Source of the DNA: Ruminococcaceae bacterium UBA5406
Lineage (GTDB): Bacteria; Bacillota; Clostridia; Oscillospirales; Acutalibacteraceae
Direction of reading: 5' to 3'
DNA: 64,000 bases
Assembly: GCA_002407675.1 (NCBI GenBank)
Contig: DHNW01000027.1
Span: 68,519 to 132,518 of the forward strand
Below the pieces are notes generated by a model. That model did not search any database and was not told the DNA's origin. It saw only the letters and a program-made list of their open reading frames with translations. The position numbers and the translations under genes are program-made. Each line of letters starts with the position of its first letter. The stretch's first letter is position 1. This document shows positions 9,055 through 16,914 of this stretch, in pieces.

Positions 9055-10380
9055 GTGAACCGTTACGGCAAAAATGATATTTTCAGACTGGTGGAAGAGA
9101 ACGGCGTCAATTTTATCCGGCTCCAGTTCACCGATATTTCGGGCACGCTGAAAAATGTGGCAATCACCAAAAGCCAGCTTGCCAAAGCTCTTGAGAATGA
9201 ATGTGTTTTCGACGGATCGTCGCTGGACGGCTTCGCGCGTGAAGCCGAGTCCGACATGTGCCTGCACCCGGACTGCGACACCTTTACCATGCTGCCGTGG
9301 CGCCCCGCGCAGTACGGCGTGGCGCGCCTGATTTGTGACGTGTACCTGCCCGGCGGGGAGCCGTTCGAGGGCGATCCGCGCCAGATCCTCAAGCGGCAGG
9401 TGCAAAAGGCGGCCGAGCGCGGGTTCGGGTTCAACGTGGGGCCGGAGATGGAGTTTTTCCTGTTCCAGACCGACGACAACGGCCTTCCCACCACAACAAC
9501 GCACGATACGGCGGGGTATTTTGACCTGGGCACCGGCGACATGGGCGGCGATATCCGCCGCGAGATCTGCCTGACGCTGGAGAGCATGGGGTTCGAAATT
9601 GAGGCTTCGCACCATGAAGCTTCCCCCGGCCAGCAGGAAATTGACTTCCGGTATGACACCGCCCTCCGCACGGCAGACAACATCATGACGTTTAAGATGG
9701 CTGCCAAATCCATTGCCAAGGCGTCGGGCGCGTACGCCACCTTTATGCCGAAACCGCTTGCCGTAGCGAGCGGTTCTGGGATGCACGTCAACATGTCGCT
9801 GACAGACGGCGGGAAAAACCTGTTTGCTGATCCATCCGATCCGGCAGGATACGGCCTGAGCAAAACGGCGTACCGGTTTATGGCAGGAATTCTGGCGCAC
9901 GCCGGTGCGCTTACGGCCGTCTGCAACCCAACTGTTAATTCCTACAAGCGGCTGCTTTCGGGGGATGAAGCTCCGGTCGCCGTGGCCTGGTCGGACCGCA
10001 GCCGAAGCCCGCTTGTCCGTGTGCCTTCCGCGCACGGCAAAGGGGCGCGCATTGAACTGCGTTCGCCGGATCCTTCCGCCAACCCTTACCTGATGCTGGC
10101 CTGCTGCCTGGCGGCCGGGATGGACGGCTTGGAAAAGAAAATGACGCCGCCGCCCGCCCTGGAACGTCTCTGCTCGGGCGGAGACGGAAAAAACCGGCCC
10201 TCCACTCTTCCGCTCAGCCTGAAGGATGCCATAGAGGCCTTCAGGAAGGACCCGGTTGTTTCCGGTGTGCTGGGCCCGCACGCCCTGCGCAGTTATCTCC
10301 GGGACAAAGAAAGCGAATGGGCGTCGTACAGCCGTTCGGTCACGGGATGGGAACTTCGCAAGTATCTTGAAATCTACTGA
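9055..10380 (+). CDS. glnA: Glutamine synthetase type I
   Basis: FDGSS, HHE.SPGQ.EI, ATFMPKP...GSGMH, NSYKRL, RIELRSPDP.ANPYL; GTG start after GGAGG. Confidence 0.95.
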   Translation: MNRYGKNDIFRLVEENGVNFIRLQFTDISGTLKNVAITKSQLAKALENECVFDGSSLDGFAREAESDMCLHPDCDTFTMLPWRPAQYGVARLICDVYLPGGEPFEGDPRQILKRQVQKAAERGFGFNVGPEMEFFLFQTDDNGLPTTTTHDTAGYFDLGTGDMGGDIRREICLTLESMGFEIEASHHEASPGQQEIDFRYDTALRTADNIMTFKMAAKSIAKASGAYATFMPKPLAVASGSGMHVNMSLTDGGKNLFADPSDPAGYGLSKTAYRFMAGILAHAGALTAVCNPTVNSYKRLLSGDEAPVAVAWSDRSRSPLVRVPSAHGKGARIELRSPDPSANPYLMLACCLAAGMDGLEKKMTPPPALERLCSGGDGKNRPSTLPLSLKDAIEAFRKDPVVSGVLGPHALRSYLRDKESEWASYSRSVTGWELRKYLEIY

Positions 10381-10483
10381 GCCGAACTGTTCCGGGCGGA
10401 TTTTTGCGAACTGTATATTTTCGCGCCGCACATATTCCGATATAATAAGAGAAAAAATATCGGAAGAAACGGGGAATTCAAAA

Positions 10484-11335
10484 ATGAAGAGACAAAAACG
10501 TGCGCTGGCCGTTCACGATATCTCGTGCTTCGGCCGCTGTTCCCTTACGGTGGCCCTGCCGGTGCTCTCGGCGGCCGGGATTGAAACCAGTGTCCTCCCA
10601 ACGGCGGTGCTTTCAACGCATACCGGCGGTTTCACCGGCTATACGTTCCGGGATCTTACGGAGGATATCCCCGCCATTGCCGCCCACTGGAAAAAGCTCG
10701 GCCTGCGTTTTGACGCGATCTATACCGGATATCTCGGATCGCCCGAGCAGCTGGAGATGGTTTCGCACCTGATTGACGATTTCCGGGGAGAAAACACCCT
10801 CGTGTGCGTCGATCCCGTTATGGCCGACAGCGGAAAGCTGTATCCGGCGTTCGGGCCGGATTTCCCGCACGGGATGGCGCGCCTCTGCGGCCGGGCGGAC
10901 GTCATCGTGCCGAACCTGACGGAGGCTGCGTTTCTTCTGGGCGAACCGTACCGCAAAGGCCCGTACGGGAAGGATTATGTCGAGGGGCTTCTGCGGCGCC
11001 TTGCCGCGCTGGGGCCGAAGACCGTGGTGCTTACGGGCGTGTGGTTTGAGCCGAAGACCCTCGGCTGCGCGGTTTACGACGCCGGATCAGACAGTGTAAG
11101 CTACGTTATGTCCGAACGGATTGGGGGCAGCTACCACGGCACGGGGGACGTTTTTGCCAGCGCCCTGCTCGGTGCGCGGATGAACGGTTTTTCGCCCGCC
11201 GACGCCGCCCGGATCGCGGTGGATTTCACGGTGGAAAGCATCCGCCGCACGCATAGCGCGGGCACGGATGTCCGTTTCGGAGTGAATTTTGAAGCCGGGC
11301 TTGCGCGTTACGCGCAAAGTCTGGGCTTGGACTGA
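10484..11335 (+). CDS. pdxK: Pyridoxal/pyridoxamine kinase
   Basis: HDISCFGRCS, LSTHTGG, DPVMAD.GKLY, PNLTEA, GTGDVFAS (PfkB family); start moved to ATG 10484. Confidence 0.92.
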   Translation: MKRQKRALAVHDISCFGRCSLTVALPVLSAAGIETSVLPTAVLSTHTGGFTGYTFRDLTEDIPAIAAHWKKLGLRFDAIYTGYLGSPEQLEMVSHLIDDFRGENTLVCVDPVMADSGKLYPAFGPDFPHGMARLCGRADVIVPNLTEAAFLLGEPYRKGPYGKDYVEGLLRRLAALGPKTVVLTGVWFEPKTLGCAVYDAGSDSVSYVMSERIGGSYHGTGDVFASALLGARMNGFSPADAARIAVDFTVESIRRTHSAGTDVRFGVNFEAGLARYAQSLGLD

Positions 11336-11350
11336 TCATAATAAGAGGTG

Positions 11351-12616
11351 TTGACTATCAAAGTACGGACGGAAGCCTTTGACCTGATGCAGAATTATTA
11401 CCGCACGTTCCATGACCCGATTATCCGCTGCCTGATCCGCTTTTCGGGCAGGCTGGATGCAGCGGCTCTGGAACGCGCCGTGGATCTTTCCCTCTCCGCC
11501 GCGCCGCCGATTGCCTGCGGTTTCACCCCAAGGACGCACGGCTGGGTGTACGGCGGCTTTTCAGCGAAAGATATTCTCAGCGTGGAGAAGAGCGGTACTC
11601 CGAAAAGGGAAGAACAAATCCTTCTTTCCAGGCTCAATTTTGAAAAAGGGCCGCAGCTGAAACTGTTTTTAATCCGGGAAGGGGAAGGCGACGCGCTCTG
11701 CGCGGTCATGAGCCATTTGGTTGCGGACGGGGCGGGCTTCAAGCAGTACCTTTATCTGCTTGCGGATCTTTATTCCCGCTGCGCGGAGAATCCGGATTAT
11801 CGAACGGCCCCAAAACCCGGCAGCAGGAGCCTTTCGCAGCTTCTCCGGGGTTACTCTCTCCGCGAGAAGGCAGCTGTTTTTTCGTCCCATTCTGATTATG
11901 CCCGATTGGCTCAGCCCATGCCCATGCTCCTGAAAGGGGACAGGAACCGCCCGTTCCTTGTCCGCCTTGTGCTGGAGGAAGAACCCTTTTCCCGTATCCG
12001 GTCTTACGGAAAAGCACGCGGGGCCACCGTCAACGACTTGCTTCTGACGGCATATGCCCGTGCCCTGCACCGCTGGACCGGCTGCGCCGATATCCGTTTT
12101 CCTTGTTTTGTCGATATGCGTAAATATCTCAAATATCCACAGAAATGCGGAATCTGCAACATGACTTCCCGCTACGGATGCAGGGCGGTGTTTTCCCAGG
12201 ACGAACCGTTTGAAGCCACCCTGCAAAAAATCTCGGCGTCCATGTCGCGGCATAAGGGAAGCCCCGGATGCCTGAAAGCCCCGGTTTTGCTGGGGTTTCT
12301 GTTCCGGATTTTCCCCCGCGCGGTGTTGGCGCGGCTTTCCCCCGTCCTGTTCCGCGCTGCCCCCGTTTCCTTTACCAATATTGGGGTCTTTGAGAAAGGC
12401 CGGCTGGTTTTCGGAGATCGGAAGCCGGAGGACGTGTTCCTTTCCAGCGCCGCAAAATATACGCCAAATTTTCAGGTGGCTGTTTCCACTTGGAACGGAC
12501 GCTGCTCGCTGTGCAGCAGCTTTCACGGCACACCGGAGGATCAGAAGCGCATCCGTTCTTTTTTGGGAGAGATGGAGCGGGAGCTTGTGTCCGCCGCCGC
12601 GCCCCGGGACGAATAA
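11351..12616 (+). CDS. Stand-alone condensation-domain / alcohol acyltransferase-like protein
   Basis: HxxxDG motif (SHLVADGAG), GATVNDLLL.AY..AL, VDMR.YL, FTNIG; CoA-dependent acyltransferase fold; start at 11348 or 11351. Confidence 0.75.
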   Translation: MTIKVRTEAFDLMQNYYRTFHDPIIRCLIRFSGRLDAAALERAVDLSLSAAPPIACGFTPRTHGWVYGGFSAKDILSVEKSGTPKREEQILLSRLNFEKGPQLKLFLIREGEGDALCAVMSHLVADGAGFKQYLYLLADLYSRCAENPDYRTAPKPGSRSLSQLLRGYSLREKAAVFSSHSDYARLAQPMPMLLKGDRNRPFLVRLVLEEEPFSRIRSYGKARGATVNDLLLTAYARALHRWTGCADIRFPCFVDMRKYLKYPQKCGICNMTSRYGCRAVFSQDEPFEATLQKISASMSRHKGSPGCLKAPVLLGFLFRIFPRAVLARLSPVLFRAAPVSFTNIGVFEKGRLVFGDRKPEDVFLSSAAKYTPNFQVAVSTWNGRCSLCSSFHGTPEDQKRIRSFLGEMERELVSAAAPRDE

Positions 12617-12640
12617 GGCCCGAGCCTTTGCCGCATACTA
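12611..12640 (+). promoter_or_regulatory. Sigma-G (forespore) type promoter
   Basis: GAATA-18nt-CATACTA, matching the GHATR-N18-CATWHTA consensus. Confidence 0.65.
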
Positions 12641-12659
12641 ACGCCGGAGGTGGTTGTGT

Positions 12660-12794
12660 ATGCCGAAAGACAGCCAGCCGGACAGAAAGCGTGCCCGAAA
12701 GGAAAAAGCGGGCGGAGGGGTTCCCCTCACCCGGGAAAACCAGAACCGCAGCCGCACGGCGAAAAAGCAGTCCGCCGCGCGGCACGGCGCGTAA
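12660..12794 (+). CDS. Small basic protein, 44 aa (MPKDSQPDRKRARKEKAGGGVPLTRENQNRSRTAKKQSAARHGA), putative spore protein
   Basis: GGAGGT RBS at 12646, ATG 12660, TAA 12792-12794; below the ORF-track length cutoff. Confidence 0.7.
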   Translation: MPKDSQPDRKRARKEKAGGGVPLTRENQNRSRTAKKQSAARHGA

Positions 12795-12807
12795 GGGGGC
12801 GGCGAAA

Positions 12808-12960
12808 ATGGCAAAAGCGGGGATGCGCCGTCCCGATCCGAAAGCACCGCACGGAACGGAAAGCAATAAAATCACGCATTTTCCTAAAAACAGGCAGCCT
12901 CCGGTCCCTGAAATTCAGGGCCGGGCCAAAACCGCAGGGAAAAAAGCGCGGCCAACCTAA
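12808..12960 (+). CDS. Small basic Pro-rich protein, 50 aa (MAKAGMRRPDPKAPHGTESNKITHFPKNRQPPVPEIQGRAKTAGKKARPT), putative spore protein
   Basis: AAGGGGG RBS, ATG 12808, TAA 12958-12960, followed by a terminator; from memory resembles small clostridial hypotheticals (PHGTESN, PPVPEIQG), unverified. Confidence 0.7.
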   Translation: MAKAGMRRPDPKAPHGTESNKITHFPKNRQPPVPEIQGRAKTAGKKARPT

Positions 12961-12963
12961 AAA
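12916..12963 (+). repeat. 48-bp direct repeat, left copy
   Basis: CAGGGCCGGGCCAAAACCGCAGGGAAAAAAGCGCGGCCAACCTAAAAA; 47/48 identical to 15314-15361. Confidence 0.95.
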
Positions 12964-13398
12964 CAATAAAGAAACCTGCCTTTCCGCGTGAGCGGGAGGG
13001 CGTTTTTTTACCTGAATTTTTCGGCTATGTAGAACATTCAGAAAATATGAGATGACTTACCCTAATTTCCTTTATTTCAGATTAGCAAAGATATTAGGTA
13101 GCTCCTAAAAAATAGACAAGGGTTAATAATATAGGGAAAAAACACTTAATTCAGTATAAAGATTATCTAAAAAAAAATAGTATGTTTAGACACTATTAAT
13201 ATTTACAAAAAACATACAATAAAGTAATATTATAACAGTTAGCGAAAACTTAAAAATGAAAATGCATATGCATTTTTATGATCTTGATGTGAAAGAAGAT
13301 CAACTATGATTTTATTTTGGTCTTCTTTGATGTGCGTAGCACCAAACTTTGCAGATTTCTGCACTCATGCGGTCTACACGAAGTAAAGAATCTCAAAG

Positions 13399-13432
13399 TC
13401 AGAGGATGAATGAGGAACCATTCATTCCCTGA
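13399..13432 (+). other. Stem-loop between putative peptide ORFs and the SPASM gene
   Basis: TCAG-AGGA-TGAATG-aggaac-CATTCA-TTCC-CTGA. Confidence 0.55.
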
Positions 13433-13509
13433 CAATTTAATTTATTTGCTTATTATTTATTATGATGATGATTAATTAATTTTACTGATAAAAGGAAAGG
13501 AGAATTGCT

Positions 13510-13994
13510 TTGAAGAGTGTACTTTTAAATGAAAATGATACCATATGTACATGTGGTAAAATGGTTACCCATACCCGAGGAGATACAGTCAAGAATTTTG
13601 TGGGACAGGCTATAATACATGTTCTATTGGGGCTAATGGAGATGTATATCCTTGCCCTTCTTTTCAAAAGAAGATATATGCTGCAGGAAACGTAAAGGAA
13701 AGACGATTTTCTGATATATGGAATGATCCCAATACCTTTAAGAAATTCCGGAATATCAATATTGTCAGAATGGATCCGATATGTGAAAAATGTGATGTTC
13801 GCTTTTTTTGCGGCGGAGGCTGTCGAGCCCAAGCATCAAATGCAGGCGTAAAGCCTCTTAATACGCATAATGCCAAGTGTGAAGAATATAAGCACATTAT
13901 TTATGATTTGATGTGGATGCTTTCAGACTATCCTCAATTATCGACTTTTAAAACAAAGGTAGGAGAAACCCTTAGAAAATCTATATCTATTTGA
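13510..13994 (+). pseudogene. Radical SAM/SPASM maturase remnant (SPASM domain only, frameshifted)
   Basis: AAGGAG RBS plus TTG 13510; after a shift at about the T4 run 13596-13599 it reads CGTGYNTCSIGANGDVYPC...GNV....FSDIW...CEKCDVRFFCGGGC...C (SPASM); no CxxxCxxC radical-SAM core. Confidence 0.85.
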
Positions 13995-14033
13995 AAAAAC
14001 CATTACTATTCATTACAAACAGGAGAGTACGAT

Positions 14034-15272
14034 ATGTTGCAGTTGAGATTGAAGCATAGAACAGGGTGGAAAGTTAGAACTTTTTATGGAATTGTGCTGT
14101 TGCTTTTTACGGCAAGCGATGGTGTCTTTATTATCCTGTTCCCTCTTTATCTGAAACAGATCGGTTATTCATACAGCCAGATTGGTTCCCTTTTGGCATC
14201 GTCTGGATTGGGAATCGCTGCCTTTAAGGTGATTGTCGGCAGGCATTCCGACTTTGTCGGAAGAAAAATCTATGTTATTCTCTCGCTGCTCCTAAGCGCC
14301 GTTTCAACCGCCGCGATTGGATTTATCCGGCCGATGGCTCTGTTGGCGGCCGTCCTTTTGATCCGAGGAATCGCCAAGGGGGCTTTCTTTGCGGTTCGGG
14401 CGCCGTATATCCGGGAACTGAGCGCTCCGGAAGACCGGGGAAAAGCGTTCGGGGTCATCAGCGCTTTTGGATCAGGCGGCGGTGTCGTCAGCGGGCTTCT
14501 TGCCGGCCTCATCACATTCCGTGGGAACCATGGAGATATGTTTTTGATCCTTTCGGCCTTTTATCTCTGCGGCGCGGGGATCGCTCTGCTCACGCTGCCT
14601 GGCCGCACGAGAACAGCCCGTGAGAAAAACGGCCGGAATCCGGAAAAACCGAAATTCCGGCAGGCACTGCGGATGCTGTTCCGGATTCCGGCAAATATCC
14701 GGTCGCTGTGCCTTGTCAATGTTATTGAAGGGATTGCAACACAGCCCTTGTGGGATATTGTGTTTCCCGTTTATCTGACGGGTCCGATGAACCTTTCCGA
14801 TTCGGCAATGGGGGGAGTCTATTCAGCGGACAATATTTTGAGCATTCCTGCCCAGTTGGGAGGCGGGATTCTAAGCGATCGATTTCATAAAAAACGATTG
14901 TCAGTCTTTGTCTTCTTGATATTGTCCATGCTGGGATTCTTTCTTTCCAAAATTCATTATCCGGCATTTTTTGTCGCTGTTCTGTTGGCGTTTGAAGTTC
15001 TGTTCAGCTTGTCAAACCCCGTTCTGGAAACCGTGGAATCCCTTTCCGCCCGGGAGGACAAACCGGGTTTTGATCTCAGCCTTGTTTCCTTCTGCTATGC
15101 GGTTGGAACGCTGGTTGGGGATATCATTGTGGGAAAAATAATGGATTTATATGGCGCAAGTGCGGGATTTGTGTTTGTCGGCATAGCTTTTCTGCTTGCT
15201 GTCTTTATCCTCCAGGTGGGTGTGTCAGAGAAAGAGGGGAGAAAAACCTTTCCACAAAAGGATACGCTGTGA
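14034..15272 (+). CDS. MFS transporter (putative exporter of the island)
   Basis: GRHSDFVGRK motif A, EDRGKAFG, G.LSDRF; AGGAG RBS. Confidence 0.9.
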   Translation: MLQLRLKHRTGWKVRTFYGIVLLLFTASDGVFIILFPLYLKQIGYSYSQIGSLLASSGLGIAAFKVIVGRHSDFVGRKIYVILSLLLSAVSTAAIGFIRPMALLAAVLLIRGIAKGAFFAVRAPYIRELSAPEDRGKAFGVISAFGSGGGVVSGLLAGLITFRGNHGDMFLILSAFYLCGAGIALLTLPGRTRTAREKNGRNPEKPKFRQALRMLFRIPANIRSLCLVNVIEGIATQPLWDIVFPVYLTGPMNLSDSAMGGVYSADNILSIPAQLGGGILSDRFHKKRLSVFVFLILSMLGFFLSKIHYPAFFVAVLLAFEVLFSLSNPVLETVESLSAREDKPGFDLSLVSFCYAVGTLVGDIIVGKIMDLYGASAGFVFVGIAFLLAVFILQVGVSEKEGRKTFPQKDTL

Positions 15273-15313
15273 GTTGTCCTTCCGTGGGTAACTTTTTCCG
15301 CTTTTTGATTTAA

Positions 15314-15361
15314 CAGGGCCGGCCCAAAACCGCAGGGAAAAAAGCGCGGCCAACCTAAAAA
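15314..15361 (+). repeat. 48-bp direct repeat, right copy
   Basis: CAGGGCCGGCCCAAAACCGCAGGGAAAAAAGCGCGGCCAACCTAAAAA. Confidence 0.95.
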
Positions 15362-15371
15362 AGACGGCGGG

Positions 15372-15410
15372 GATCCCGCTTTCCGCATGAGCGGAAGGTG
15401 GGATCTTTTT
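15372..15410 (+). terminator. Terminator between convergent MFS genes
   Basis: GATCCCGCTTTCCGC-ATGA-GCGGAAGGTGGGATC-TTTTT; a diverged version follows the left repeat (about 12975-13009). Confidence 0.8.
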
Positions 15411-15430
15411 CTGCTTTTGTGCTGAAATCT

Positions 15431-16681
15431 TCAGTTTTCGCGGCGGAACCAGCGGGAAATCTCCCTGCGCTGTGCCGCCGCAATGGCTGCCAGCAGGGTC
15501 AGTGCCATGCAGCCGCAGAAAACGAATCCGGAGTCTCCGCCTGCTTTTTCCATGACGGCCCCGGCCAGAAAATTCCCAATGGGCGTCGAGCCCATGTTGA
15601 GAAAAGAATAAACGCTCATGACCCGCCCGCGGTACTCATTGGAAGAACTGACCTGATAGATGGAATTTGCCGTATTGAGAAAAATCAGGTTGAAAAAACC
15701 GATGAAAACAAAGAGGAGGGCGCTGGACGCAAACTGATGCGAAAAAACGGTTGCAATCTGTGTGGCGGCCGTACCGGCCCCGCTGAGGAGGAGAAGCGGC
15801 TTTTTAACCCCGTCCTTGCTCCGGTAAGCCATCAAAAGGGCCGCGGAGAAGGCACCCACTCCTTCGGCGGAGAGCAGCCCGGTGTAGCCGCTGACCCCCA
15901 TGCCCAGCACTTCGCGCGCAAAAACGGGGACAATGACGCTGACGTTGTAGGCAAACGTACATACGGCCGCCATAATCAGCACATTGGCCACCAGCGTCCG
16001 GTTCCGGCGGATATACCGCAGTCCGTCCGCAATTTCCGGCAGCATGTTTGCGCTCCGCGCCGGGCGGGCGGTTTCGTGTACGCGGATCATCAGGATCCCC
16101 ATAATAACCGGCAGGTAGCTTACAGCATTGATGCCGAAACACGCCGCCGTCCCCAGTTTTGCCATCATCAGCCCGGCTAGGGCCGGCCCGACGATCCGTG
16201 CCAGGTTCACAATGGTTGAGTTCAGCGAAATGGCATTCGTCACATTTTCCGGCCCCACAAGGTCAATAAAAAACGCCTGCCGGGCGGGCATATCCAGCGT
16301 CTGCGTCAGCCCGAACAAAAAACTGAGCAGAAGAATGTGCCAGTACCGGATAAGGCCGGTGGCGGTCAGCAGCGTCATGGCAGCGGCCTGCGCCATAAAC
16401 AGCGACTGGGTCAGTACCAGCAGCTTCTGTTTGGGAAACCGGTCTGCCGCTGCACCGGCAAAAAGGGAAAGAAACAGCATGGGCAGAAACTGCGCCACGC
16501 CTACAAGCCCTACAAGCAGGGGCGAGTTGGTCACCGAATAGACCAGCCAGGTCTGCGCCGTCCGCTGGATCCAGGTTCCTGCCACGGAAATGCACTGCCC
16601 ACACCAGAACAAGCGGAAATTCCGGTATTGCAGCGACCGGAATGTCGTTTTCAGAAGTTCGGCCGCTTTGTTCCCTTTCAA
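15431..16681 (-). CDS. MFS transporter (MFS_3/EntS-like)
   Basis: FRSL..RNFRLFW.GQ.IS..GTW.Q, D.PARQAF, NAISLNS..VNLARIVGPA, YRGRVMS. Confidence 0.92.
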   Translation of the reverse strand: MKGNKAAELLKTTFRSLQYRNFRLFWCGQCISVAGTWIQRTAQTWLVYSVTNSPLLVGLVGVAQFLPMLFLSLFAGAAADRFPKQKLLVLTQSLFMAQAAAMTLLTATGLIRYWHILLLSFLFGLTQTLDMPARQAFFIDLVGPENVTNAISLNSTIVNLARIVGPALAGLMMAKLGTAACFGINAVSYLPVIMGILMIRVHETARPARSANMLPEIADGLRYIRRNRTLVANVLIMAAVCTFAYNVSVIVPVFAREVLGMGVSGYTGLLSAEGVGAFSAALLMAYRSKDGVKKPLLLLSGAGTAATQIATVFSHQFASSALLFVFIGFFNLIFLNTANSIYQVSSSNEYRGRVMSVYSFLNMGSTPIGNFLAGAVMEKAGGDSGFVFCGCMALTLLAAIAAAQRREISRWFRREN

Positions 16682-16914
16682 GATACTGCTGCCCCCGTGT
16701 CCAAAAATTAATCCATATTTTATCCGGTCATCATTATATCACTGTTTTCGCGGGCCGGCAAAAACACCCGCGCACTTTTTCAGGAAGGCAGAAAGGCGGA
16801 GTTACAGATTTGAAACTTTTTTTTTGACGGGATTATGCTATAATTGTTTTAATTATACAAATTCTATATCAATTCAGGCTGGCCGGGAATCGGCCGGGAA
16901 AGGGGCATCAAGGC

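Larger units (their letters stand above)
12964..15313. mobile_element. Small inserted island (2.4 kb) bounded by 48-bp direct repeats; no recombinase present
   Basis: Flanking direct repeats, each followed by a related terminator hairpin; sharply AT-rich at about 13010-14200 against GC-rich flanks. Confidence 0.7.

Noticed and set aside
8059-10431. 790-aa minus-strand ORF
   Set aside because: Antisense shadow of glnA and the carbohydrate-binding gene; no motifs; expected with GC-rich codon bias
12490-12991. Track ORFs 12490-12960 (156 aa) and 12650-12991 (113 aa)
   Set aside because: No properly spaced RBS at their starts; the region is better explained by the two RBS-led small ORFs at 12660 and 12808
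12916-13009. 48-bp repeat as a c-di-GMP-I riboswitch or CRISPR repeat
   Set aside because: Lacks the GGCAAAC/GNRA/GCAAAGC architecture; only two copies 2.4 kb apart, no spacers or cas genes; it is the coding 3' end of a small gene
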